Origin: a virus
Lineage: Duplodnaviria; Caudoviricetes
DNA length: 64,000 nt
Strand: one strand, 5' to 3'
IMG/VR virus record: IMGVR_UViG_3300005200_000008
Span: 25,931 to 89,930 of that record
Both the position numbers and the translations under genes were made by a program. How positions within the stretch are numbered: the first letter of the stretch is position 1; each line of letters begins with the position of its first letter. Under the pieces are notes generated by a model. That model made no database searches, was not told the DNA's origin, and worked only from the letters and a program-made list of their open reading frames with translations. This document shows, one piece after another, positions 20,810-31,115 of the stretch.

Positions 20810-22525
20810 ATGGGCGAAACATCAAATAAAATTCAAGTGCTGAAGAACGACGGGCAGGATTTTGAGTGGTATCCGACTACCCCCGAAATTATGAAAGCTA
20901 TGAAAGATGATTTATGGAAGTATCTTCAAAGCCATGAAAGGGATTATGATGCCCGAAGAAAAGAAAACATTGAAATACGCACCGATTCCGAATATGTCGG
21001 AAAGCGGGAAAAAATAACGCATAGGCTGGAGATTGGCTCATTTTTGGATATCGGCGCCGGCGACGGGCGCGTCCTCGATTTGTTTGACGCAGACAAAAAA
21101 TACGGCATTGAAATCGCAAGGGCGCAGGCAGACGACCTTATTCGCAGGGGCATTTTTATAATCGGGCGAAATTATTGGGACGTGTCATTATGCGAACAGT
21201 ATTTTTCCCTTATATACAGCAACCCTCCCTTTTCGCAGTTTGAGCGTTGGGTAAATAAGATTCTTGTCGATTGTAATTTTTGCGTTCTTTACCTTGTAAT
21301 GCCGGTGCGCTGGCAAAACAAAGAAGAAATTATGAGGGAAATGAAACGCTATGAAGCGACCATTGTCGGCGAATTTGATTTTTCAAATGCCGACAGGGAA
21401 GCGCGTGGAAGGGTAAATCTTGTTCGTGTAAACGCGCCGTGGGAAAAAATTGAAGACGGCGAAGGCGGGAAACGCAGGTATGAGTATTACCAGCAGACAG
21501 TCGAAGATGCCTTTGAACGTTTTGTAAAAGAACAAATTGCCGACTTTGAAGAAAAGCCGGATTTAAGTTGGGAGGAAGAACGAGAACAGGGGCTTGCCCT
21601 GAAACAAACGCCTATTGACCAACTTATATCTGATTATGACCGTGAAAGGGAAAATCTTGGCAGCGCGTTTAAGGCTATTGGAAAACTTGACCCGCAGATT
21701 ATAAAACTTCTGGGGCAGGATAAGAAATCCATGCTGGAAATAATAAAAAAATCCATTGAAGGATTGAAATCAAAATATTGGAGAGCGGCTTTTGGCAAAC
21801 TTGAACCGGTGCGTAAACGGATGACGCATGAAACCCGCAGAAGAATATTTCAGAACATTGAAGAATTCCGCACTCTCGATTTTAACGCCGATAACGTTTA
21901 TTCGATTGTAATTTGGATTATCAATAATTCCAATATCGGCATACTAGATCAGATTGGCGAAGTTTTTGACAAGATGACAACGCCCGAATATATAGAGGCT
22001 TACGTGTCAAACAAACACTGGGTAAAGAGCGATTGGCGAAATGCTAAGGATGCCAGGGATAATTGGAGATACAGTAAACTGCCGTCGCGTTGGAAATTGG
22101 GGCTTGATTACCGCATTGTTGTTCAGGCTCATAACCAACACACATACGATTCAATGGGCAGATATACTGTTGTTGATGATTTTATTGTTATCTGCGGTAA
22201 TCTCGGATTTCCTATCGCTGATAGAGAACCGAGATATGACATACATCAATCTGAGCAAAGATTTTTTACCGAAGACGGTGAATTGGCGTTTACAATGAGA
22301 TATTATACCGGCAACCATAACGCGCATTTAAAAATAAACAAAAAACTTTTAATGAAATTCAACATTGAAGTTGCGAAAATACGCAAATGGATGTCTGCTC
22401 CTGACGATGTTGTTGAAGAATACTCTGTTCCGAAAGATGAAGCGGTCAGGTTGTGGAACAGCGGTATTGCCCTTTTGGGAAATAATGATGTAAATATGCT
22501 GGAATACAAGGGTGAAACTAAATGA
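20810..22525 (+). CDS. class I SAM methyltransferase (DUF4942-like)
   Basis: DFEWYPT, LDIGAGDG, NPPF motifs. Confidence 0.7.
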   Translation: MGETSNKIQVLKNDGQDFEWYPTTPEIMKAMKDDLWKYLQSHERDYDARRKENIEIRTDSEYVGKREKITHRLEIGSFLDIGAGDGRVLDLFDADKKYGIEIARAQADDLIRRGIFIIGRNYWDVSLCEQYFSLIYSNPPFSQFERWVNKILVDCNFCVLYLVMPVRWQNKEEIMREMKRYEATIVGEFDFSNADREARGRVNLVRVNAPWEKIEDGEGGKRRYEYYQQTVEDAFERFVKEQIADFEEKPDLSWEEEREQGLALKQTPIDQLISDYDRERENLGSAFKAIGKLDPQIIKLLGQDKKSMLEIIKKSIEGLKSKYWRAAFGKLEPVRKRMTHETRRRIFQNIEEFRTLDFNADNVYSIVIWIINNSNIGILDQIGEVFDKMTTPEYIEAYVSNKHWVKSDWRNAKDARDNWRYSKLPSRWKLGLDYRIVVQAHNQHTYDSMGRYTVVDDFIVICGNLGFPIADREPRYDIHQSEQRFFTEDGELAFTMRYYTGNHNAHLKINKKLLMKFNIEVAKIRKWMSAPDDVVEEYSVPKDEAVRLWNSGIALLGNNDVNMLEYKGETK

Positions 22526-22870
22526 TGACAGAATTTGAATATAGTTCCATGACGCTTGAAGAATTGGAATTCTATCTTCCGATAACCGTTCAGCGTAGCG
22601 AAAAGAGAGAAAGGCTTTGTTCTGATTGCAAACAAAGTTTTGCGGAAGTAACGGTTAATTACGAACAGCGTCTTTTTCGGTCGGATGATTACGGCATTCA
22701 TGGTTTGTCCAACCAGAGAAAAAAACGCTGGTATGAAATATCGTATATTAAAGCGTTTTCTGATATACCGTTGTTTAGAACGGAGCGGTATTATAATTTT
22801 AAGGACGCTTTGATAGAAGCCCATAAAAGGCTTGACGAAATGGGGTTAAAGTCAAGGGAGGATTACAAAA

Positions 22871-24034
22871 ATGCTTCTGAGGGGTAAATACTGCGAAGCG
22901 GTTATTCATACCGATTTTGTGGAAAACGAGGCGATCTCTCAGATTATCAATATATTGAACCAGCCCATGATGGAGGGCGTAAAAGTCAGAATTATGCCTG
23001 ACGTTCATGCCGGAGCTGGCATCTGTATCGGGTATACCGCCACGCTGAATGATTATGTCGTGCCTAACTTTATCGGCGTTGATATCGGCTGCGGTTTGAC
23101 GGGTTTACCGTTGGGGAAACTGACTTCCGACCAGATTAATTTTCAGGGGTTGGATGATCATATCCGGAAAACTATCCCGTCGGGAACCAGCGTTCATCAA
23201 AAAGTATTGACTGACAGGATACACGGAGTATTTGACGGCGCTAAAATTATTAATGACCATTTTCTTGATTTTTCGGAATTCTGTAATTTTTTAGTCGATA
23301 CCTGCAAAGAAATAGGGATTGATTACGGCAGGGTGTTAGCGGCTATCGGGTCTTTAGGCGGCGGCAATCATTTTATTTCCATTGACCGGGGGGCTGAGGG
23401 GGATTGCTATTTGGTGGTTCATTCAGGTTCGAGAAATTTTGGTAAATGCGTTGCCGAGTATTATCAGAAAAAAGCGGCAAAAGGACAAAAGAGTACCGGC
23501 CTTGAATACCTCGAAGGTATCAACAAAGATCGTTATTTGGCATGGATGGAATTCGCTCAGATGTACGCCGCCTTAAACCAGCGCGTGATTATTGATCTTA
23601 TCGGTGATTTTTTTTCCGTTTCCCGCGATGATAATATGCTGATTGAGTCTGTTCACAATTATATCAGTTTCAAGGATAAGATAATACGGAAAGGCGCCAT
23701 TTCAGCAAACGATGGCGAAATGATAATGATACCGCTTTCTATGGCTGACGGCATTTTGTATTGCCAGGGTAAAGGAAATTCTGAATGGAATTGTTCTGCC
23801 CCGCACGGCGCGGGCCGATTGATGTCAAGATCGAAGGCGAAGCAGTCAATATCTTTGGACGACTACCGCAGGCGCATGGAGGAAGCCGGCGTATGGAGTT
23901 CGTGCGTAGGAACCGAAACGCTTGACGAATCCCCGCAGGCTTATAAAGACCCGGAGATGATTTCAGAAGCGGTTGGGGACACGGCAGAAATAATCGACCA
24001 TTGGAAAGAAATTTATAATTTTAAGGCGGCATGA
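22871..24034 (+). CDS. rtcB: RNA ligase RtcB
   Basis: MPDVHAG, GVDIGCG, GSLGGGNHF, HSGSR, HNY, SAPHGAGR, ESPQAYKD. Confidence 0.95.
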   Translation: MLLRGKYCEAVIHTDFVENEAISQIINILNQPMMEGVKVRIMPDVHAGAGICIGYTATLNDYVVPNFIGVDIGCGLTGLPLGKLTSDQINFQGLDDHIRKTIPSGTSVHQKVLTDRIHGVFDGAKIINDHFLDFSEFCNFLVDTCKEIGIDYGRVLAAIGSLGGGNHFISIDRGAEGDCYLVVHSGSRNFGKCVAEYYQKKAAKGQKSTGLEYLEGINKDRYLAWMEFAQMYAALNQRVIIDLIGDFFSVSRDDNMLIESVHNYISFKDKIIRKGAISANDGEMIMIPLSMADGILYCQGKGNSEWNCSAPHGAGRLMSRSKAKQSISLDDYRRRMEEAGVWSSCVGTETLDESPQAYKDPEMISEAVGDTAEIIDHWKEIYNFKAA

Positions 24035-24534
24035 TTATGACCAAAAATTTGTATCGCGGAAAACCGGTAGCCGGGACTGTTTCCGAGCCTTGGGTATACG
24101 GCGCTTATTACAGACACGAGCCTCCCCTTATTGCTTTCGGAGAACAGAAGGAAAAAATTAAGCCGTTTATTGTCAGAACGGCGTTTGCCGACTGGAATAT
24201 GCCGAGGCAAGCCGAGCATGTTCCAATCGTGGAAGGAAGCCAGGGGCAGTTTACAGGACTTTTTGCGGTTGAAAGCCATCGCGGAGAAAAAGAGGAAGAT
24301 TTGATGATCTTCGAGGGCGATATTCTTGATTTTGAAGACAACCATAAAACCCGTTTGGTAATTTTTGATCAAGGCAGTTTTCAAGTACTTTGGAGCGGTG
24401 GTTTTTCGCCGTTAAGGTATACGCTTACACGCGATAACCTCTCTCTGAGGGCAAAAATTATCGGAGATAAAACTTATAATTTTGATTTAATTAAAGGCAT
24501 CAAACTGTATGAAAGTTTTCTCGGAACGACTTAA
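24031..24534 (+). CDS. YopX-family protein
   Basis: LYRGK...WVYG...GQFTG...IFEGDIL...IIG. Confidence 0.7.
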   Translation: MIMTKNLYRGKPVAGTVSEPWVYGAYYRHEPPLIAFGEQKEKIKPFIVRTAFADWNMPRQAEHVPIVEGSQGQFTGLFAVESHRGEKEEDLMIFEGDILDFEDNHKTRLVIFDQGSFQVLWSGGFSPLRYTLTRDNLSLRAKIIGDKTYNFDLIKGIKLYESFLGTT

Positions 24535-24838
24535 ATTAGCGCGGCAGTTACGGCATATGACACAATCGGAGTTGGAGAAAAAGGCGGGGATATTCCGCAC
24601 TTCGGTTGCCCAGTTTGAATTGGGAAGCCGGGCGCCGTCGTTGAATTCGTTCGCAAAATTGGCTAAGGCTTTGAATGTAAGCGCAGACTACTTTCTCGGC
24701 ATTAGCGACGTTCCCGAAGCCGTTACGTCGCATACCGTAATGGCGAAGGCGATCAATACACTGTCTCTTAACGATCTTGAAATTATGGAAGGACTGGTAG
24801 ATATTCTGCTGAAGCGTAACGCGGGGCGTGTTATCTGA
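24509..24838 (+). CDS. XRE-family helix-turn-helix regulator
   Basis: RLKLARQLRHMTQSEL...AQFELGSRAPS...ALNVSADYFLG. Confidence 0.9.
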   Translation: MKVFSERLKLARQLRHMTQSELEKKAGIFRTSVAQFELGSRAPSLNSFAKLAKALNVSADYFLGISDVPEAVTSHTVMAKAINTLSLNDLEIMEGLVDILLKRNAGRVI

Positions 24839-24930
24839 TAAAATGTTATGGAAAATGTTTTCTGTAATTCATTATGCGGTAAGGAATTACGGCTTATTTG
24901 TCATTCAAAATGTTTGGTAAAATGTAAAAA

Positions 24931-25019
24931 AATGTCCTAGCAACCGGAGGCAATCCCGATGGTTGAGCGTATGAGACATACGCCCGGCGGCAGCCAATCC
25001 CGCCCCTCTGCTGGACATT
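24931..25019 (-). ncRNA. cloverleaf small RNA resembling C4 antisense RNA
   Basis: terminal stem plus three hairpins with GATTGG and GGATTG loops; TTGACA upstream at 25046-25051. Confidence 0.4.
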
Positions 25020-25663
25020 ATAAATATCTCATAAAAATACGATTGTGTCAAGCCCTATTTTTATATGTTGGTGTTTCAGGAATCGCAGTCAAATGACTGG
25101 CTTGAAAAAGCTATCGCCCAGAGCATTGCAAACGGCTCTATGGAAATTGTATGGAATCCCGATAAAGCGGCCATAAACCCGAAACTCAGGAAGGAACTCG
25201 ATAAGTATATGAAAAACGCCAAAAAGAAACCCTAGCCAGGGCGCAGATTGATTACCTTCTTTATCCTGTTGAAATCCTGTTCCGTAAATTCCTTTTTGAC
25301 GCCCTCTACGATAAAAGTATACGGGAACGCCGGCCGCTTGGTTCTTTTTGAAAAAAGGGCGTGCCTCCCTGGATTGCCGTCTGCGTCTGGATATTCGGCA
25401 TAATATGTGCCGTGCTGGTAAACGATTGAAAATCCGTCAAATTCAAAAGATTTCGATAATTCCACTTCTGGGGCGCTGCCGAATACGGGGTCGTCTGGAT
25501 TGTACGGTATGCCGTTTTTATCCCCTGTTATGAGTTCGCTCCAATCCTCGTAAAATTTGCGTTTTTCATGTTCCGAAAAGGTTTTGGGCATTATCTTATA
25601 TTATCGGCTAAACTGCGGTTTTTTGCTATTGACAATTCAAATACCAGCTTTTAATCTTGAAAC

Positions 25664-26338
25664 ATGAGAAAGGTATTGTTTGTTGCGTTTATTTTAACCA
25701 GGTTTTGGGCGTTCGGGCAAAGCGAGGACAGTTTCGCTATTTTGCAGGGCAAAGACGGCGGTATAACCGTTACCGGCTACACCGGCTCCCAAAAGGAAAT
25801 TGTAATCCCTGAGAAGATAAGCGGTCTGCCGGTAACCATAATCGGGAAGAACGCTTTCAGCAATAAAAGTTTGACAAAGGTTTCTATTCCCCGCACTGTC
25901 ACAATGGTTGACGAAAGGGCTTTTGCCGGTAACGCGATTACCGAAGTAACTATTGCTAACGGCGTAAAAGTAATTTGGAACGAGGCGTTTGCCGACAACC
26001 AGATAAAAAGCATAACGCTTCCAAACTCCATAACCGACGTGGGCGGTTCGGCTTTCCGCAATAATAAAATTACATCGGTCGTATGGCCGGCTAGTCTGGA
26101 TTTTGTGCGTATCGGCGTATTCCAGAATAATCCTGTAGAGACCGTTACCTTCGGCGGCGCCAAAACAATATCCGACAGGTCGTTTGAGGGTTCCGATATT
26201 TCATCTATTACCATAGCCAAGGATGTTTTAATTAATATCGAATCGGGGCTGGACAGGTCGTTTATCAATTTTTACAATAGCAACGGAAAACGTGCAGGCA
26301 CCTACATCAAAAACAACCGCATTTGGTCGGCAAAGTAA
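25664..26338 (+). CDS. exported BspA/TpLRR-type leucine-rich repeat protein
   Basis: signal peptide, ITVTGYTGS...IPEKISGLPVTIIG, repeated AF-N-IT-VTI-N units. Confidence 0.85.
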   Translation: MRKVLFVAFILTRFWAFGQSEDSFAILQGKDGGITVTGYTGSQKEIVIPEKISGLPVTIIGKNAFSNKSLTKVSIPRTVTMVDERAFAGNAITEVTIANGVKVIWNEAFADNQIKSITLPNSITDVGGSAFRNNKITSVVWPASLDFVRIGVFQNNPVETVTFGGAKTISDRSFEGSDISSITIAKDVLINIESGLDRSFINFYNSNGKRAGTYIKNNRIWSAK

Positions 26339-26437
26339 TTTTATAATTTTCCCATTTTAATTTATTTTCTCTTTATAAAAAGCGCTTCCAAGTCGGAAGT
26401 ACTTAGTATAACCTTTGCCTATTTCAACGGAGGGCTT

Positions 26438-26653
26438 ATGAGTTACGAAGATGAAGATGATGACGATTTTGATAATGCCGGCTGTTATTACAAGGACGAG
26501 GATCTGGAAGATGAGGACTTTGACGATGAAGATGAGGATGATGACAGCGAGGATGACTTCGATGAAGACGACTTTGACGAGGACGATGAGGACGACAGCG
26601 ACTATGATGAAGACGAATATGACGATGATGATTCCGAGGATTATGACGGGTAG
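26438..26653 (+). CDS. hyperacidic small protein
   Basis: 49 of 71 residues are D/E; GGAGGG RBS and CGGAAGT motif upstream. Confidence 0.65.
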   Translation: MSYEDEDDDDFDNAGCYYKDEDLEDEDFDDEDEDDDSEDDFDEDDFDEDDEDDSDYDEDEYDDDDSEDYDG

Positions 26654-26683
26654 ATTTAAGGCTTATGCCTGAAAATAAAATTA

Positions 26684-26902
26684 ATGTTTGGAGGATTTTT
26701 TATGGAAGGAACGCTTGAAACCTGCAAAATGAGCAGAACCAGAATGAACGTTTCCACTACGGCCAAAGGTCTGGTTCAGTGGGAAGTTACCGCCGAGTAC
26801 GAAAGCCCTGAAGAAGCGGCGAAAGCCCTGTCCGAGGCTATCGACAAAGTTCGGGAAGTAATCAAAGGCAAAGGGTTGACCGAAGCCAGTGCCGCCGCTT
26901 AA
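26684..26902 (+). CDS. hypothetical protein (likely start 26702)
   Basis: GGAGG RBS before MEGTLE; followed by terminator. Confidence 0.55.
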   Translation: MFGGFFMEGTLETCKMSRTRMNVSTTAKGLVQWEVTAEYESPEEAAKALSEAIDKVREVIKGKGLTEASAAA

Positions 26903-26920
26903 ACCGAATTTCAAAAAAAG

Positions 26921-26949
26921 AAAAGCCCTGCGGCGTGCAGGGCTTTTTT
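26921..26949. terminator. bidirectional intrinsic terminator
   Basis: AAAAGCCCTGC-GGCGT-GCAGGGCTTTTTT between convergent genes. Confidence 0.7.
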
Positions 26950-26972
26950 AATGCTCATTTTTTGCTGACGGC

Positions 26973-27071
26973 TTATTTCTTTTTTGCCGTTGTTTTCTTT
27001 GCTGCGGTTTTTTTGGCTGCGGGCTTTTTAGCCGCAGGTTTCTTTTCGGCGGTTTTCTTTGCTGCTGGCAT
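26973..27071 (-). CDS. 32-aa histone H1-like Lys/Ala peptide (not in ORF track)
   Basis: MPAAKKTAEKKPAAKKPAAKKTAAKKTTAKKK-stop, with AGGAGAG RBS. Confidence 0.7.
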   Translation of the reverse strand: MPAAKKTAEKKPAAKKPAAKKTAAKKTTAKKK

Positions 27072-27138
27072 TTAATCTCTCCTTTTAATAAAAGATGTTA
27101 TTATTATCGGCTTATTATTTGAATTTATTTAATAGGGA

Positions 27139-27540
27139 CTATGCTGTGGGAAGATTTGATAAGACGGAACTGTCTAAAGGGAAGGATTTTGTCAATCCTT
27201 CTACGATATTCAATGCCACTTTTTTTCCTTCGTCGTTGAGGTTTTCCGCTGCGTAGGCAATTTGAATCGATATACTTGAAATTTTTGACATATTTCGATC
27301 TTTCCCGTCTATGAAGTATTCCATAGATATGCCGAGATAGTTGCATATGTCATAAGCCTCTTTAATGTTAGGAAGTGTATCGTTCTGTACTTGTTTGTTG
27401 AGGGTTTGCTGTATTATGCCTACGTTTCTGGCTAATTCTGTTAGAGTTATCTTTCTTTTTTTAATTTCGTCATCTATTCGTTGCCAACATTCAAGCATAT
27501 CTTCGTATTTTTTACTCGGTTTTTCAGCTTTTTTGGGCAT
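27139..27540 (-). CDS. XRE/CI-like repressor
   Basis: ITLTELARNVGI-QQTLN...LPN...ICNYLGISMEYF; divergent from the sigma factor gene. Confidence 0.8.
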   Translation of the reverse strand: MPKKAEKPSKKYEDMLECWQRIDDEIKKRKITLTELARNVGIIQQTLNKQVQNDTLPNIKEAYDICNYLGISMEYFIDGKDRNMSKISSISIQIAYAAENLNDEGKKVALNIVEGLTKSFPLDSSVLSNLPTA

Positions 27541-27592
27541 AATTCATTTTCGACTGGTTTCAAAAAAAATACAACTTTTTTCGTAAAAGCTC

Positions 27593-27646
27593 TTGACAGA
27601 TACAACCGATGTTGTATATAATGAGATATATACAACGAAAGTTGTA
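27593..27646 (+). promoter_or_regulatory. sigma70 promoter overlapped by two palindromic operators
   Basis: TTGACA at 27593, TATAAT at 27617; TACAAC-N4-GTTGTA at 27601-27616 and 27631-27646. Confidence 0.7.
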
Positions 27647-27794
27647 TGGCATTGAATGGCTTAAAAGGGCTGGAAGACTTTTAAGCCGGTTAAACGGCGG
27701 CTCCGAGGCGTCTTCCAGCGCTAAGGAGCATTTTTTATGGGAATCGCAGGAAGCCGCAGGCTGCCTGAAATTATATTCCAATGAGGTGTGTGAA

Positions 27795-28457
27795 ATGGAA
27801 AAGGTAGGATCAAACCAAGTAGCCCAAAGTCAGCCAGAGACTGAATTCTCCATTGTGTGCCGCGCCAAAAACGGCGACCAGGACGCTGTTGAATGGATAT
27901 GGCGCAAGTACAGGAAACTCATGGTCGGCATGATCGGCAAGTACTGGTGGTATCACCGACTTTCCGAAGGGGAAATGGAAAGCGAAGCAACTATGGCTAT
28001 GCTACACAAACTTGAGATATTTAAGCCTGAGAGGGTTAAGAAATCTCCCGAAGAATGGGAGTTTAAGTATATGCTTATCAACGCGGCGTACCATTGCCGG
28101 AGCCGTCTCAAAACGGCGGCAAAAAGGAAACAAGAAGAAGACGGCGAATCTTTTGAGGAAATCGAGGAGTATTCGCATGATAGAACAATGTTGAAGGATA
28201 TGGTTGTAAACAACGAACACCAATATTATGTTTATAACCCCGAAGACATTGCAATCCGCAGCATGGACGAAACGCCGGAAGAAAAAGCGGAGCGCTTAAT
28301 GTCAATGTTGACGCCAATTCAAAAAACGTTGCTTGAACTCCGCAGGAAAGAAATGACGGTACAGGAAATAGCGGATCACATGGGTTGGGGTTTTACCAAA
28401 GTACGCAAACAGATTGTACAGGCCCGCGAACTCGCGCATGTCGTTTTCGGGGTGTAG
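27795..28457 (+). CDS. sigma-70-family (ECF-like) RNA polymerase sigma factor
   Basis: RAKNGDQDAVE-IWRKY region 2, LTPIQK...MTVQEIADHMG region 4 HTH; GAGGTG RBS. Confidence 0.75.
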   Translation: MEKVGSNQVAQSQPETEFSIVCRAKNGDQDAVEWIWRKYRKLMVGMIGKYWWYHRLSEGEMESEATMAMLHKLEIFKPERVKKSPEEWEFKYMLINAAYHCRSRLKTAAKRKQEEDGESFEEIEEYSHDRTMLKDMVVNNEHQYYVYNPEDIAIRSMDETPEEKAERLMSMLTPIQKTLLELRRKEMTVQEIADHMGWGFTKVRKQIVQARELAHVVFGV

Positions 28458-28459
28458 TT

Positions 28460-29455
28460 ATGAACGGAAAAAAAGCCGCAATCTTTCATATAGACCTTGA
28501 CGGTTTGGGGTGTGCCGTTCTCGAAAAACTTTATCACAAACAACTTGGTTTTGATGAAGTTTATTACCTTGATTACGGGTGGGAAGAAGATTTGGAAGTG
28601 GTCGGCAAACTGTCGCAGTATGCGGAATTGGTGTTTGCCGATATGTCGTGTTCCGAAATGCAATTTGACTGGTGGAAGACGACGGAAATGGCGGTTACTA
28701 TTTATGACCACCACGAATCCGCAAAACCGCTTCAAGACAAGCCTGGTTGTACTATCGATGAAACAAGATGTGGTACTAAAATATTTTGGGACGAGTATGT
28801 ACTTCCGCGCATTGGGCGCTACCGCCCTATTGTAAAAGATTTTATTGATTTAGTTCAAACGTATGATCTTTGGCAACTGGATGATCCGTTATGGCCGAAG
28901 GCGCTTGATTTGAACAGGGTACTGTACAAATACGCCTGTTGGAATGCGGCTGAATTTGAAAACAAGCACGAACGCTTTTTCAACTCCATACTGCGAAAAC
29001 TTATTAATGACAAAGAATTTTTATTCAACTCAACCGAACTGCGGTATATTGCGGAAAGCAAAGAGAAAGAGGAAGAAGCGTACCAGAGGGCTTTAAGCAC
29101 TTTGAAGATACGGAAAGACCACTGGGGCAGAACGTTCGGCGTGTTTTTGGCATGGGGGAAAATATCCATAGTCGCAAGCCGTCTGCTGTATGAAACGCCG
29201 GGGATGCCGAAATTTGACTATGTTATTGCCGTGCAAGATTACAACAAAGAATACGGCAAACTTAGTATTCGCGCAAGGCGGGGCGGTGATTTTTATTGTA
29301 CGGATTTGGGGCTGTTTAACGGCCACGTCGAAGCCTCCGGCTGCACTTTAACTCCCGATCAGGCTTTGCGCCTATATAATCAGGATGTTTGTTTTCGATA
29401 CAAAAGGGAAATCAAAAATGAGGAAGACATTTTTATCGAAAGCGCAGCTGCCTGA
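28460..29455 (+). CDS. DHH/DHHA1 phosphoesterase
   Basis: HIDLDG, FADMS, YDHH, SIR, GH..ASG motifs. Confidence 0.85.
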   Translation: MNGKKAAIFHIDLDGLGCAVLEKLYHKQLGFDEVYYLDYGWEEDLEVVGKLSQYAELVFADMSCSEMQFDWWKTTEMAVTIYDHHESAKPLQDKPGCTIDETRCGTKIFWDEYVLPRIGRYRPIVKDFIDLVQTYDLWQLDDPLWPKALDLNRVLYKYACWNAAEFENKHERFFNSILRKLINDKEFLFNSTELRYIAESKEKEEEAYQRALSTLKIRKDHWGRTFGVFLAWGKISIVASRLLYETPGMPKFDYVIAVQDYNKEYGKLSIRARRGGDFYCTDLGLFNGHVEASGCTLTPDQALRLYNQDVCFRYKREIKNEEDIFIESAAA

Positions 29456-30578
29456 ACGTATGGAGGCTAGTTTATGAAATTTAATACAAGTCCGATACCC
29501 AAGAGGGTTTTTAAGGGTATCTTTGAAATTATCGAGTATGTTAGGGAACTGACCGGCGAAAACGATCTTTCCGGTATACCAGATCGCATAAATCTTAAAG
29601 CAATTTCCATCGACCTTAAAGAATCGTGGGTTATTTTCTCGGCCTGTGCTGATGATAAAATGCCGGTTTATATTCAAACTCTCGTAAAAAATAATAACGT
29701 CGTTCAGGGGTCTGTTCATTGCGGTAACGAAGGCGCGGAGCCGGTAAAAGGCGGGTTTTCGTTTGATATTTTTATAGATTTGTTCCGCGATGTTCGGCGA
29801 ATTGAAGAATTCGTTGATACCGTTAAAGGTGCCGACGGCAGTGATATCCGGCAGGTTGTGATTGCGGTATATTTGAATAACGAAGATATGCGGATTACGA
29901 TATTGAAAGAGGGAGAAGTAAAGGATGCTCCGGTAATCGAAGCGCCTGTTCAACCTGAAAATCCTGTCATTGAAGAAACGCCCGACGAATCAGAAACTAA
30001 TTCTGATAATTCAGATGATGAAAATGAAGATGACGAAAATCCCGCATGGCCGTAAAACAAGGATTACAAATTAACTGTATTTTCTTAATATACAGTCTAT
30101 CCATTCCGGTATTTCCTGCGGTAATTTGAATCTTTGCATTATCTCGGAAAAAGGTACTTGAAATAATTTTTGTTTTTGATTGCTGGTTAATGCGGTAAGA
30201 GTAAATAAAAAAGTAGTCCATTGCTTGTATTGGATGGGATTTTCCTGTTTTGCCAAAGCGTCAGTATATTCGTCTACAATATTTCTTATATTGATTCCCC
30301 ACTGTTTTGTTTGAATTTTTTTAATTTTATTTTCAGCGAATAAACCGATAATAATATATTTTCCTTCTTTGTACTGATAAGGTCTGAGGTCAAAAGAATC
30401 TTTTCTGTACCGTTTGTGGTAATTTGGCAGGGTGTGGTCTGATATTCGTATGGTGTATGTTTTGTTTTTAATACTGAATAAAATATACTTGGAATCCGAT
30501 GAAGCGGTTTTGCTTTTCTTTACGGTACATATTACCGCGTATTTGTTTATAATGTCAACAAGGAATTTTGCCAGTTTG

Positions 30579-31046
30579 TCAATTTTCGATTTTCCGAGTT
30601 GTGCGGAATTGTTTATAGGCTTCATATACCGGCTTAACTCCAAAATGCAGATTTAGTTTCGGGAACGTCTCCTCTTTTACCCATCCGGCTTTGCTGAATT
30701 CGTGTGAAATTTTCAGCCTTATGTGGGCATCAGTCACGTATATGAAAGTTTTCCATTGGAATAACGGCGCCTTGATTTCGTACTCGTCAATGTATTGAGC
30801 TTTCAAAGTAGCAAGTTTTACGCCTGTTTCTTCGTAGAATTCCCTCCATGCCGTGTGCAGCGCGTTTTCTTTCGGTTCCGCACTCCCGCCTGGGAAAGTC
30901 CATAATCCTTTGCCCGGGTGGTATGCTCGTTTTCCAAGGAAAACGCTGAATGCCCCTTTGGGTTCTTCGCGGAATAACGCTATTCCCGCACCCTTATAGC
31001 CGATGCGTTCATAAAAAGATTGTAGTTCCTCATTAAATAGGATCAT
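30579..31046 (-). CDS. NUDIX hydrolase
   Basis: FPGGSAEPKENALHTAWREFYEETG Nudix box. Confidence 0.9.
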   Translation of the reverse strand: MILFNEELQSFYERIGYKGAGIALFREEPKGAFSVFLGKRAYHPGKGLWTFPGGSAEPKENALHTAWREFYEETGVKLATLKAQYIDEYEIKAPLFQWKTFIYVTDAHIRLKISHEFSKAGWVKEETFPKLNLHFGVKPVYEAYKQFRTTRKIEN

Positions 31047-31115
31047 GCGTATTATTTAGGACTTCCGGTATTGTTTTGGGAGTTGCCGTAAGGTGTGTTT
31101 TTCGAATTCATTTAC

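Noticed and set aside
27609-27794. N-terminal extension of the sigma factor ORF as listed in the track
   Set aside because: It overlaps the promoter and operators; the RBS-supported start is 27795.
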